A stretch of 64,000 bases of DNA from Bacilli bacterium (GTDB taxonomy: Bacteria > Bacillota_I > Bacilli_A > ML615J-28 > CAG-698): positions 544,001-608,000 of the forward strand of contig JBMNLZ010000002.1 in the NCBI GenBank assembly GCA_050953065.1, given 5' to 3'. Shown here in pieces: positions 39,552-49,006 of the stretch (the first letter of the stretch is position 1; each line of letters starts with the position of its first letter). The notes below the pieces were generated by a model, which was not told the origin of the DNA, did no database searches, and worked only from the letters and a program-made list of their open reading frames with translations. A program made the translations under genes and the position numbers.

Positions 39552-40370
39552 ATGGTACTATCTATTTTTGATGCAATAAAAGAATTTATAATAAATTTAT
39601 TATCAAGTTCCCAGTGGAAAAATATTTTGATTTTATTAGGTGGAATAATTACTGGTTTTATTCTATCAGGTGCAATTTATGCATTGATAGTAATTGCTAG
39701 TATAAAAAAAGATAAAAAAGAAACAAAAGCTAAAAGAGAAAAACAAACTGATCCTTTAAACAGTGAGGAAGAAAAAGTAAGAAAATTAGTAGTTTTTGCA
39801 AAAAACGAATTTAAAGAAGATTGTAGTGCTTTGGATTTAAAAGAAAAGTTTATTGAAGTTAAATATATTACTTTTAGATTGATTGAAGATATTGCTAGAA
39901 CCTATCATCCAAAATCAAATCACCCATTATATGAATTGTCAGTAGATGAATTAATTCTTTTAAATACTTATATAACAAAAAGGGTTGATGAGATTTTTGA
40001 TAGACCAGCCTTAAGGTTTTTAAGAAAACAAAAAATATCAACTGTTTTAGATATTATTGATAAAAAAAGAAAAATTGAAGAAAGTAAAGTTAGTAAAATG
40101 CTTACTAAGTTTAAAGTTGTTGAAACTTTAAACTTTTCAAGAAAAGTATTAAATGTTTTTAATCCAGCATTTTGGGCTAGAAAATTAATCAATGGTGTTA
40201 CAATCCCAAAAGTTGCTAATAAAGTAGCCTTAACGATTATTGATATAGTAGCAGATGAAACAAATAAAATTTATAGTAAAAGTGTATTTGGTGTAGAAAA
40301 ACAAATTGATGCAGATATTTTAGAAAATCCAGATGATATTGAAAAAATAATTGAAGAAAATAACCAGTAA
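39552..40370 (+). CDS. Hypothetical membrane-anchored protein
   Basis: GGAG SD, one N-terminal TM helix, 272 aa; extended -10 promoter upstream. Confidence 0.7.
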   Translation: MVLSIFDAIKEFIINLLSSSQWKNILILLGGIITGFILSGAIYALIVIASIKKDKKETKAKREKQTDPLNSEEEKVRKLVVFAKNEFKEDCSALDLKEKFIEVKYITFRLIEDIARTYHPKSNHPLYELSVDELILLNTYITKRVDEIFDRPALRFLRKQKISTVLDIIDKKRKIEESKVSKMLTKFKVVETLNFSRKVLNVFNPAFWARKLINGVTIPKVANKVALTIIDIVADETNKIYSKSVFGVEKQIDADILENPDDIEKIIEENNQ

Positions 40371-40383
40371 GAAGAGGTAAGAT

Positions 40384-42501
40384 ATGTCAAAAATTAAAGA
40401 AATTCCAAAACTTCCAGTTGAAGATGATTTTGAAGAAGAACAACAAAATAAGCAAGTTAAAACTATGGAAAAAAAATTTACTCCAACTCCTTTTGTTAGT
40501 TCATATAGTGGAACTAAAAATAAAGATGTTATTCCTATTTTAGGAGTTAGACGTAATGTAAGTGGGTATGATACTTTAAGATCACCTAATTTTAGAAGTG
40601 AAGTGGATGAAGCAAATATTAAAAAATACGGGACTAAATATCCTGAGTTTTTACCTACAGAAAAAAGAAAAAGTAATGACTTTGATGAAGTTTTAGTAAC
40701 AATGGATTCTATTGAAGAAAAATCTTCAGCTGTTTATCAACCTCTTAATCCTCCAACAGAAGAAGTATATAACGATGATGTTATAGTACATGAACTTCCT
40801 AAACAAGAACCAACTGAGGTTCATTATGTGAAAAGAGATAGAGATTTTCAAACTGTTAATGTTGATGAAGATATATTATTAAGATATGATAATGAAAAAG
40901 TTGCTTTTGATATGCCTGAATCAAATTATGAGGATGCTAAAGAAGTAACGGTTTCTTCAATGGATGACATAGAAATAAATTTTGTTGATGATACTGAAGA
41001 AGAAATTGAAGAACTTCCTGAATATGAGTTTAGGGCTCCTGAAAAGCCAAGAAAACCTCATAAGAGTTTTAAAAAGTTAAAATATAGTAAACCTCCTATT
41101 AATTTGGTAAGTTATAAAGGTGTAATTAAAGAGAAAGACTTGTCAGATGCAAGAAGAAGACGTGAAATTATTGAAAAGACTTTAAGTGATTTTAGTGTTC
41201 CAGGACATGTTAGTGATGTAACAAAAGGACCTAGATTTACTTTGTTTGAAGTAAAATTAGAACCTGGTATTAGAGTAGAAAAAGTAAAAACATTAGAATT
41301 AAGTCTTCAAGCAAATTTAGAAACTAATTCAATTAGAATCTTAGCACCAATTCCAGGAAAACCAACTGTAGGAATTGAAGTTTCAAATGAAAACCCTGAA
41401 ATAGTTTTATTTGGTGATTTGCTAAGAAACCCAGAATTTATGAAAGATGATAATCCTTTGAATGTTATTTTAGGATTAGATGTAGCTGGCAATCCAGTTT
41501 ATTTAAATATTGAAAAAATGCCACACGGTTTAATTGCAGGAACAACAGGGAGTGGTAAAAGTGTTTGTATTAACTCAATAATTGCTAGTATTTTATATAA
41601 AGCTGATCCTAATGAAGTAAAACTTTTATTAGTTGATCCTAAATTAACTTTAGTATTATTTGATGAAATTCCTCATCTAATTGCTCCAGTTATAACTGAT
41701 GTAAAATATGCATCAGGAATTTTAAAGTGGATAGTAGATGAAATGGAAAACAGATTTGAATTATTTAAACATCATAGATTAACTGATATTACTCAGTTTA
41801 ATAAATATGCAGAAGAAAATGGTGGAATAGAAAAAATACCAAAATTAGTAATTATTATGGATGAATTTGGTGATTTATTAATAAATGATAGTGGAACTAT
41901 TGAACACTATATTCAACGTATAACTCAAAAAGCAAGATCTGCTGGTATTCATTTAATAGTTTCTACTCAAAGACCATCAGCAGATATAATTAAAGGATCA
42001 ATTAAGGCTAACCTACAAACAAGAATTGCTTTTAAGGTAGCAACAGGAGTTGACTCAAGAGTTGTTCTTGATAAAGAGGGGGCTGAGGCTTTACTTGGAA
42101 ATGGAGATATGTTATATCATAACGGTACAAGAGAAATTCGTGTTCAAGGAGCATATTTGAGTCCAGATGATATCCAAGAACTTTGTGATTATGCAAGAGG
42201 AAAATCTCAACCAGATTACTTATTAACAGAAGAAGAATTAAAGCAAGAACTTGAACAAGAAGCAACAGAAGAATTAGGCATGAAAGATGAATTGTTTTCA
42301 AAGATTGCTAAATTTGTAGTTAACAATAATATGGCCTCAATTAATACAATTCAAAAAACTTTTAATATTGGATTCAATCGTGCTCAAAGCATTATGAATG
42401 CTTTAGAAAATTTACATATTGTCTCTGAAAATTTAGGAAGTAAACCTAGAAAAGTATTAATAGACATTAATGAATTAGAAGATATATTAAATAATTTTTA
42501 A
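40384..42501 (+). CDS. FtsK/SpoIIIE DNA translocase without TM domain (SftA-like)
   Basis: APIPGK, AGTTGSGKS, IMDEF, STQRPS, GAEALLGNGDML, gamma domain IGFNRA; acidic N-terminus without TM helices. Confidence 0.93.
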   Translation: MSKIKEIPKLPVEDDFEEEQQNKQVKTMEKKFTPTPFVSSYSGTKNKDVIPILGVRRNVSGYDTLRSPNFRSEVDEANIKKYGTKYPEFLPTEKRKSNDFDEVLVTMDSIEEKSSAVYQPLNPPTEEVYNDDVIVHELPKQEPTEVHYVKRDRDFQTVNVDEDILLRYDNEKVAFDMPESNYEDAKEVTVSSMDDIEINFVDDTEEEIEELPEYEFRAPEKPRKPHKSFKKLKYSKPPINLVSYKGVIKEKDLSDARRRREIIEKTLSDFSVPGHVSDVTKGPRFTLFEVKLEPGIRVEKVKTLELSLQANLETNSIRILAPIPGKPTVGIEVSNENPEIVLFGDLLRNPEFMKDDNPLNVILGLDVAGNPVYLNIEKMPHGLIAGTTGSGKSVCINSIIASILYKADPNEVKLLLVDPKLTLVLFDEIPHLIAPVITDVKYASGILKWIVDEMENRFELFKHHRLTDITQFNKYAEENGGIEKIPKLVIIMDEFGDLLINDSGTIEHYIQRITQKARSAGIHLIVSTQRPSADIIKGSIKANLQTRIAFKVATGVDSRVVLDKEGAEALLGNGDMLYHNGTREIRVQGAYLSPDDIQELCDYARGKSQPDYLLTEEELKQELEQEATEELGMKDELFSKIAKFVVNNNMASINTIQKTFNIGFNRAQSIMNALENLHIVSENLGSKPRKVLIDINELEDILNNF

Positions 42502-42505
42502 AAGG

Positions 42506-43393
42506 GTGAATAAAGTGGAAGAACAAGTAAAAAAAGAAACAACAGAAGCAATAGAAGAGATAAAAGAAGAACAAGAAAAACCAAAAAAATTTGGAAGAAG
42601 AAAAGTAACGTTTAATAAAATCTATACAAGAGTTTTTTTGATTGGTTTGTTTACATTTTTAATAGCTTTATTAATTTATTTTAAACCTTATCAATATAAT
42701 TCAATAAAAATAGAGTTTGTTTTCGCAACTTTAATCATCTCAATTTTGTTTGTTATAGCATATCCAGTATTAAGATTGATAAATAAGGATGAATCATCAC
42801 TTTTATACAGAATATTTTTTGAAATTAGTGATTATTTATATTTGATACTAGGTGTAATAGCAATCTTAGAAGTGGTTTTTATTTTCATTATTTTCCCAAC
42901 GAGAGTTAATGGTAATTCAATGGATCCTACTCTTAGTGGGACTGCTAATAAAAGAGATTGTATTTTAGTTCAACGTATTGTTGATGTATCTAGATTTGAT
43001 ATTATTGTTTTAGAGGTAAATTCTGAAATTAATAATATTTTAAGTTCACCAAATCTTAAAGATAAAGAAATGTTAATTAAACGAATAATTGGAATGCCTG
43101 GTGAAGAAATTACTTATACTGATGGGCAGTTATATATTAATGGAGTTTTAGTTGAAGAAACTTTTGAAAAGTTAAATGAAAGTATTGAAAACTTCACTCT
43201 TAGTGATTATAGTTTTATTGCTTCAAAATTAAAAGACGGTAAAATTCCTGCTGATTATTATTTTGTTTTGGGAGATAACCGTAGTAATAGTGTTGACAGT
43301 AGAACAATTGGTTTAATTCACAAAGATCAAATCGTAGGTCTTGCAAGATTTAGGTGTAATAATATTTTTAAAATTGAAGATTTAAGGAAATAA
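42506..43393 (+). CDS. lepB: Signal peptidase I (multi-TM N-terminus)
   Basis: GNSMDPTL (Ser), LIKRIIG (Lys), GDNRSNSVDSR; start may be GTG 42515. Confidence 0.93.
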   Translation: MNKVEEQVKKETTEAIEEIKEEQEKPKKFGRRKVTFNKIYTRVFLIGLFTFLIALLIYFKPYQYNSIKIEFVFATLIISILFVIAYPVLRLINKDESSLLYRIFFEISDYLYLILGVIAILEVVFIFIIFPTRVNGNSMDPTLSGTANKRDCILVQRIVDVSRFDIIVLEVNSEINNILSSPNLKDKEMLIKRIIGMPGEEITYTDGQLYINGVLVEETFEKLNESIENFTLSDYSFIASKLKDGKIPADYYFVLGDNRSNSVDSRTIGLIHKDQIVGLARFRCNNIFKIEDLRK

Positions 43394-43395
43394 AA

Positions 43396-44238
43396 ATGAT
43401 TAATTGGTATCCAGGCCATATGGCTAAAACACAAAAACAGTTACAAGAAAATATAAAGTTAGTTGATTTAGTAATTGAGCTTTTGGATGCACGAATTCCA
43501 ATTTCTTCACAAAACCCTTTAATCTCTGAGTTAACTAAAAATAAACCGAAATTAGTTCTATTAACAAAGTCTTCAATGTCAGATCCTAAATATAATGAAA
43601 AAATAGAAAAATATTTTAAAGAAAAGCAGTTATCTAAAGTTTTGTTTATAGATTCTATTCAAAGTTTTAATATTAATAAGATTTCTAGTTGTGTTCAAGA
43701 AGTTTTAAAAGAAACATTTGAAAAAGAAAAAGCAAAAGGAATGAAAGCAAGAAATGCTAAAGCTATGATTGTAGGGATTCCAAATGTTGGAAAATCAACA
43801 TTAATTAATAAATTATCTCAAAAGAAAGTTACTAATGTAGGCAATAAGCCGGGGGTTACTAAGAGTTTGCAATGGATAAGAATTGCTAAAGATCTTGATC
43901 TTTTAGATACTCCAGGGATTTTATGGCCTAAATTAGAAGACCAAGAAGCGGCTATAAAGCTTGTTTTAACGGGAGCTATTAAAGATGATGTTGTTAGACT
44001 TGAGGATTCAATTTTCTATTTTTTAGATTTTTTAAAACAAAATTATAGAGGATTATTAAATAAAAGATATGACATTGATGAGGAAAGTACTAATTTAGAA
44101 ATCATTGAAGCAATTGCTCAAAAAAGAGGTTTTATTTCTAATCAAGAATATGATTATGATAAAACTTATATTGCGATACTTACTGATTTTAGAAATTTAA
44201 GAATTGGGAGAATTTCATTAGATATAAATTATGAATGA
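43396..44238 (+). CDS. rbgA: Ribosome biogenesis GTPase RbgA/YlqF
   Basis: INWYPGHM, DARIP, GIPNVGKS, PGVT, DTPGILW. Confidence 0.96.
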   Translation: MINWYPGHMAKTQKQLQENIKLVDLVIELLDARIPISSQNPLISELTKNKPKLVLLTKSSMSDPKYNEKIEKYFKEKQLSKVLFIDSIQSFNINKISSCVQEVLKETFEKEKAKGMKARNAKAMIVGIPNVGKSTLINKLSQKKVTNVGNKPGVTKSLQWIRIAKDLDLLDTPGILWPKLEDQEAAIKLVLTGAIKDDVVRLEDSIFYFLDFLKQNYRGLLNKRYDIDEESTNLEIIEAIAQKRGFISNQEYDYDKTYIAILTDFRNLRIGRISLDINYE

Positions 44239-44839
44239 TATGTATAGTTATGAAAAGGAAATTTGGAACAAAGGAACTTTAGTTTTAGGGACTGATGAGG
44301 TTGGTAGAGGCCCTATGGCAGGACCATTAGTTGCAGCGAGTGTAATCTTACCTAAAGATTGTGTTATTGAAGGAATAAATGATTCGAAAAAACTAAGTTC
44401 TAAAAAGCGAGATGAGTTATTTGAAAAAATTTCTAGTTTAGCTTTAGAAATTCAAACTACTTTTATTGATGAGGCTACAGTTGATAAAATCAATGTTTAT
44501 CAAGCTAGTAAACAAGCGATGTTAGAATGTATTAAAAAAAGTAAATTATCATTTAGTCATGTATTAAGTGATGCGATGCCTTTAGAAGGTAAATTTGTTA
44601 ATATTTCACTTATTAAGGGAGATCAAAAAAGTGTTTCAATTGCAGCTGCAAGCATCATAGCTAAAGTTACAAGAGATAGATATATGATTAAATTAGATGA
44701 AAAGTATCCACAATATGGCTTTAAAAGAAATAAAGGTTATGCAACAAAAGAACATTTAGAAAAATTAAATGAATTTGGACCTTGCTGTATACATCGCTTT
44801 AGTTATAGCCCAGTTGCTAAAACTTTTAAAAAAGACTAA
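44231..44839 (+). CDS. rnhB: Ribonuclease HII
   Basis: GTDEVGRGP, DSKKL, KGD, AASIIAKV, KGY. Confidence 0.96.
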   Translation: MNDMYSYEKEIWNKGTLVLGTDEVGRGPMAGPLVAASVILPKDCVIEGINDSKKLSSKKRDELFEKISSLALEIQTTFIDEATVDKINVYQASKQAMLECIKKSKLSFSHVLSDAMPLEGKFVNISLIKGDQKSVSIAAASIIAKVTRDRYMIKLDEKYPQYGFKRNKGYATKEHLEKLNEFGPCCIHRFSYSPVAKTFKKD

Positions 44840-44862
44840 AAGCACTATAAAATAGTGCTTTT
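44838..44862 (+). terminator. Intrinsic terminator
   Basis: AAAAGCACTAT-AAA-ATAGTGCTTTT. Confidence 0.8.
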
Positions 44863-44864
44863 AT

Positions 44865-44892
44865 AATTGTGTTTTTTAAATTGTGTTTTTTA
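44865..44892. repeat. Perfect tandem 14-bp repeat overlapping a putative -35 element
   Basis: AATTGTGTTTTTTA x2; TTGTGT(44881)-17 bp-TAAAAT(44904). Confidence 0.7.
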
Positions 44893-44936
44893 TATTTTTT
44901 TGGTAAAATAGTAATTGATTGTTTATAGGTGAAAAA

Positions 44937-45938
44937 GTGAAAAAAATTATTGAAATTTTTAAAGGTATGATGATTGGTATAGCAAATGTAATTCCTGGAT
45001 TAAGTGGTGGGAGTATTGCAGTTGCTTTTAATATATATGATAAATTTATTTATGGATTTTCAAATTTTTTTAAACACCCAATTAAAACGATAAAACTTTT
45101 ATGGGCGATTGTTCTTGGTATGGGGATAGGGATTGCTGTAAGTGTTGTTGGAGTAATTTACTTTTTAGAAAATTTTCCAGTCCCTACAACAATGTTATTT
45201 GTTGGAATGGTAATTGGTTCTCTACCTTTTATTAAGAAAAAGATGGACAAAGAAGAAAAAACAAAATATGATCTTTCAGTATTCATTTCAATGATTGTAT
45301 TGATGCTTGGAGTTATGCTTATGCATATATTCTTTGGTGAAAATATGGTTGATATAACAACTATTAATTTAAAGATAGTTATTATTATCTTAATTTTAGG
45401 AATCGTTTCAGCAGCAACTATGATAGTACCAGGAATAAGTGGTTCGATGATGCTGATGGTTTTAGGATACTATTATTATATTACATCTTTATCAGATGGA
45501 ATTGTAAGAGCAGTTTTAAACCTTGATTTCATAGGAATGTGGGATTTTGTATGGCCGATGGTTCCTTTTGTTTTAGGGAATGTCATAGGTGTTGTATTTA
45601 TGGCTAAACTTTTAGAAAAAGCTTTAATTAAATATCCAAGACAATTATATTGTGCTATCTTAGGTTTGTTAATTTCTTCACCAATTTTGATTTTTTATAG
45701 TATGTATAAAGACTATCCAACTGCTGTAATGTCATCTTTAGAAGGGGCTGGTATTATTTTAACTGTCGGCATAGGATTTGTTTTGATGGTATTAGGTGCT
45801 TTATTTGTTAACTATATGTCTAAATTTGAGGAAAAAGAAAATGAATCAAAAGCAGAAGAACCAAAAGAAAATAAAACAGAAGAAGACAAACCAACAAAGC
45901 TTTCATCAGAAGAAGAACTATCAAAAAACTCAAATTGA
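44937..45938 (+). CDS. DUF368 membrane protein (polyprenyl-phosphate transporter family)
   Basis: KGMMIGIANVIPGLSGG and AATMIVPGISGS internal repeats; start GTG 44937 after AGGTG. Confidence 0.9.
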   Translation: MKKIIEIFKGMMIGIANVIPGLSGGSIAVAFNIYDKFIYGFSNFFKHPIKTIKLLWAIVLGMGIGIAVSVVGVIYFLENFPVPTTMLFVGMVIGSLPFIKKKMDKEEKTKYDLSVFISMIVLMLGVMLMHIFFGENMVDITTINLKIVIIILILGIVSAATMIVPGISGSMMLMVLGYYYYITSLSDGIVRAVLNLDFIGMWDFVWPMVPFVLGNVIGVVFMAKLLEKALIKYPRQLYCAILGLLISSPILIFYSMYKDYPTAVMSSLEGAGIILTVGIGFVLMVLGALFVNYMSKFEEKENESKAEEPKENKTEEDKPTKLSSEEELSKNSN

Positions 45939-47250
45939 GTGTATTAGTTTAGATGATAATGGATTAGGCATTTTTAGTTTTCAAAATATAGTTTATAGAG
46001 TTTCTAATTTATTACCTAAGGAAGAAGCTTTAGTAGAAATTTTAGATAATAAAAAAGCAAGAGTTTTAAAAATAGTTACTCCATCTATTAATAGGGTTCC
46101 TGTTAAGTGCGATATATATGATAAATGTGGTAGTTGTCATTTGCTGCATATGAATTATTTAGAACAACTTGAATTTAAAAAACAATATTTTATTAAAGCT
46201 TATCAAGAATTAGGAATAGATGTTAATGTTGATTTTATGATAGGTGCTAAAAAGAAACAGGGGTACCGAAATAAAATGCAAGTAGCTTATAAATATGAAA
46301 AAGGAGTTGCTAAATACGGTTTCTATGAGGAAAACACTCATAATGTGATTCAAGTTAATAGGTGTTTAGTTCAAACTGAATTACAACAAAAAATCGCTGA
46401 TTATGTTTTTGAGTTTATTAAAAAAAATAAGATAGAAATTTATAATGAGGATAAAAGAAAAGGAATTATTAGATATTTATTACTAAAAGAAGGCTTTACA
46501 ACTAAAGAGGTAATGGTTGTGATAGTTACTAATGGTAATATTTTACCAAGTAGTTCATTTTTAGTAAAAGAATTAAAAACAAACTTTCCAGAAATTAAAA
46601 CCATTGTTCAAAATATAAATAATAGATCAACTAATATTATTTTAGGTGAAGAAGAAAAAGTATTATATGGTGATGGTTTTATCTATGATTATTTATTAGA
46701 CAAAAAGTTTAAAATATCTTCTAAATCGTTTTTTCAGATTAATCCAGAACAAACTGAGAAAATGTATAATAAAATAATAGAATTTGCTGCTTTTAAGAGT
46801 AAAGATATTGTAATGGATGCATATTCTGGAGTGGGTACGATTGGAATTTTAGTAAGTGATAGTGTGAAACAAATCATTTCAGTAGAATCTAATAAAACAG
46901 CAGTAGAAGATGCAATTATAAATAGTAAAATAAATAAAATTAATAACGTTAGATTTATTTGTGAAGATGCTACAGTTTTTCTTGAAAACTTAACTAAAGA
47001 GAATGTAAAACTTGATGGAATTATTATTGATCCTCCAAGAAAAGGTTCAACTGAAAGTTTTTTAAATAATATAATTAATTTAAAGATTAAAAAGATAGTT
47101 TATGTATCTTGTGAGCCAAAGACACAAGCAAGAGATGTTTTGTTGTTGATAAATAAAGGATACAAAATTATTAAAACAGCAGTTATTGATATGTTTTGTG
47201 GAACTAATAATGTTGAAAGCATTTGTTATTTAGAATATAAGGGAGAATAA
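45841..47250 (+). CDS. rlmD: 23S rRNA (uracil-5)-methyltransferase RlmD/RlmCD
   Basis: TRAM domain, CDIYDKCGSC Fe-S motif, YRNK, SFFQIN, DAYSGVG, DPPRKG, YVSC; start uncertain. Confidence 0.92.
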   Translation: MNQKQKNQKKIKQKKTNQQSFHQKKNYQKTQIECISLDDNGLGIFSFQNIVYRVSNLLPKEEALVEILDNKKARVLKIVTPSINRVPVKCDIYDKCGSCHLLHMNYLEQLEFKKQYFIKAYQELGIDVNVDFMIGAKKKQGYRNKMQVAYKYEKGVAKYGFYEENTHNVIQVNRCLVQTELQQKIADYVFEFIKKNKIEIYNEDKRKGIIRYLLLKEGFTTKEVMVVIVTNGNILPSSSFLVKELKTNFPEIKTIVQNINNRSTNIILGEEEKVLYGDGFIYDYLLDKKFKISSKSFFQINPEQTEKMYNKIIEFAAFKSKDIVMDAYSGVGTIGILVSDSVKQIISVESNKTAVEDAIINSKINKINNVRFICEDATVFLENLTKENVKLDGIIIDPPRKGSTESFLNNIINLKIKKIVYVSCEPKTQARDVLLLINKGYKIIKTAVIDMFCGTNNVESICYLEYKGE

Positions 47251-47254
47251 AAAG

Positions 47255-47914
47255 ATGATTAAATTTGGTAATGATTGGGATATTGTTCTAAAAGAAGAAC
47301 TAGCATCGTCTTATTATCAAAATTTAAGAAAGTTTTTATGTGATGAATATTCTAATTATACTGTTTATCCTAATGCAAATGACATTTTTACGGCTTTTAA
47401 ATTAACTAGTTATAAAGATGTAAGAGTTGTGATAATAGGGCAAGACCCATATCATGGTGAAGGCCAAGCACATGGTTTAGCCTTTTCAGTTCAAGAAGGT
47501 ATTAGTTTACCCCCTTCATTAAAAAATATATATAAAGAATTAGAAGATGATTTGGGTATTAAAAAAAGTGCTTCAGGGGATTTGACTAATTGGGCTAAAC
47601 AAGGGGTATTGTTATTAAATGCCACTCTAACTGTAAGAGGAGGACTTGCAAATAGCCATAAAGGATACGGTTGGGAAGAATTTACTGATAATGTAATTAG
47701 AAAAATTGTTTTAAAAGATGAGATGGTCATTTTTGTACTTTGGGGAAATGATGCTAAGAAAAAAGAGGTTTTGATTAATAATCCAAAACATAAAATTTTA
47801 AAGGCTGCACATCCTAGTCCTTTATCTGCATATAATGGTTTTTTTGGATGTAAACATTTTTCAATGATTAATACGCTTCTTGAAAAAGAAGGTTTTAATA
47901 AAATAAAATTTTAA
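47255..47914 (+). CDS. ung: Uracil-DNA glycosylase (family 1)
   Basis: GQDPYH, PPSLKN, GVLLLN, HPSPLS. Confidence 0.97.
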   Translation: MIKFGNDWDIVLKEELASSYYQNLRKFLCDEYSNYTVYPNANDIFTAFKLTSYKDVRVVIIGQDPYHGEGQAHGLAFSVQEGISLPPSLKNIYKELEDDLGIKKSASGDLTNWAKQGVLLLNATLTVRGGLANSHKGYGWEEFTDNVIRKIVLKDEMVIFVLWGNDAKKKEVLINNPKHKILKAAHPSPLSAYNGFFGCKHFSMINTLLEKEGFNKIKF

Positions 47915-47932
47915 ATGGGAAAGGAGAAAAAA

Positions 47933-48370
47933 ATGGCAAGAAAAAGAAAAAGTAGCAATCTTGGTTGGTTAGCATTTGTTATTTTAGGATTGGGGGCTGT
48001 AACATTTGTAATGATGTTTTTTGATGCTGTAACTTTAAAAATAGCTTTTCCTCCAGTTACTCTAAAATCTACTGGGTTACAAATAGCTTTTGGATACAAA
48101 GATGTATATGATTTTAACATTTTAGCTGTTTTAATGTATGTTGTTCCATTATTAGCAGGTATATTTGTATTAATTGCTTCAAAGAGTATTAAAAAAATTG
48201 TTTGCTTAGTTAGTGGATTGCTTTTTGCAGGGAGTGCATTTATGCTTATTTTTGTTAGAGATATAGTAGATAATATTTCTGTGTATAGTTTAAGTACATT
48301 TACTATTATTGGCATTATAACTGCTTTTTTAGCTGCAATAGGTTCATTTGTTTTAGCTTTAGAAGGATAG
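47933..48370 (+). CDS. Hypothetical 4-TM membrane protein
   Basis: AAGGAG SD before ATG 47933; four hydrophobic segments. Confidence 0.7.
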   Translation: MARKRKSSNLGWLAFVILGLGAVTFVMMFFDAVTLKIAFPPVTLKSTGLQIAFGYKDVYDFNILAVLMYVVPLLAGIFVLIASKSIKKIVCLVSGLLFAGSAFMLIFVRDIVDNISVYSLSTFTIIGIITAFLAAIGSFVLALEG

Positions 48371-48377
48371 GGGAAAA

Positions 48378-48989
48378 ATGGATTATCGTAGAATAATATT
48401 TCCAGTTTCAATTACTGCATTTATTGTTAACTTTATTATGATTGCATCTCTTAGATGGGATTATATAAGTTATTGGTTTTATATTGATATTTTGTTAGCT
48501 ATAATGCCAGTTATCTTGTTTTTTTCATTTATCAAATTGAAAAAGAATCTCTATTTATTTATTCTATGGTTTATTTTATTTGTTTCATCTTTTGTTTTGT
48601 TTTGGTTTTTAAAAAAAGAACTTGGCATATTTGAATTTAACTCCACATCTTTTGTACCATTAATTGCAAGTTTAATAATGTTATATTATGCAGTAGTTTC
48701 TTTTTTAATAGGTAATGAAGTTATTTCAAAGAAGAATGATGTTTTAGGATTTAACACTAAAATGAATAAAGAGTATAAAAAGGAACTTTTTTATGCAAGC
48801 AATAGACTGTTTTCTATAACATGTTTTGTTTGTTTTGTGTTAGAAGTTTTAATGATATTCTTTTTAGGAGTAGCGTATAAGTACTTTGGAACTGTAGCGC
48901 TTTTGGCAATTCCTTTTATTATTACCTATACCAATGAAAAGTATTTATTTAAAAAACTAAAAAAAGACATCGGTTCAAGTGCGAACTGA
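48378..48989 (+). CDS. Multi-TM membrane protein, possibly SdpI/YhfL-like
   Basis: About six TM segments; LGFNTK...YASNRLFS loop loosely resembles SdpI. Confidence 0.5.
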   Translation: MDYRRIIFPVSITAFIVNFIMIASLRWDYISYWFYIDILLAIMPVILFFSFIKLKKNLYLFILWFILFVSSFVLFWFLKKELGIFEFNSTSFVPLIASLIMLYYAVVSFLIGNEVISKKNDVLGFNTKMNKEYKKELFYASNRLFSITCFVCFVLEVLMIFFLGVAYKYFGTVALLAIPFIITYTNEKYLFKKLKKDIGSSAN

Positions 48990-48998
48990 TGTCTTTTT
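48961..48998. terminator. Bidirectional terminator overlapping the stop codon
   Basis: AAAAAGACATCGGTTC-AAGTGC-GAACTGATGTCTTTTT. Confidence 0.85.
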
Positions 48999-49006
48999 TA
49001 AAAATA

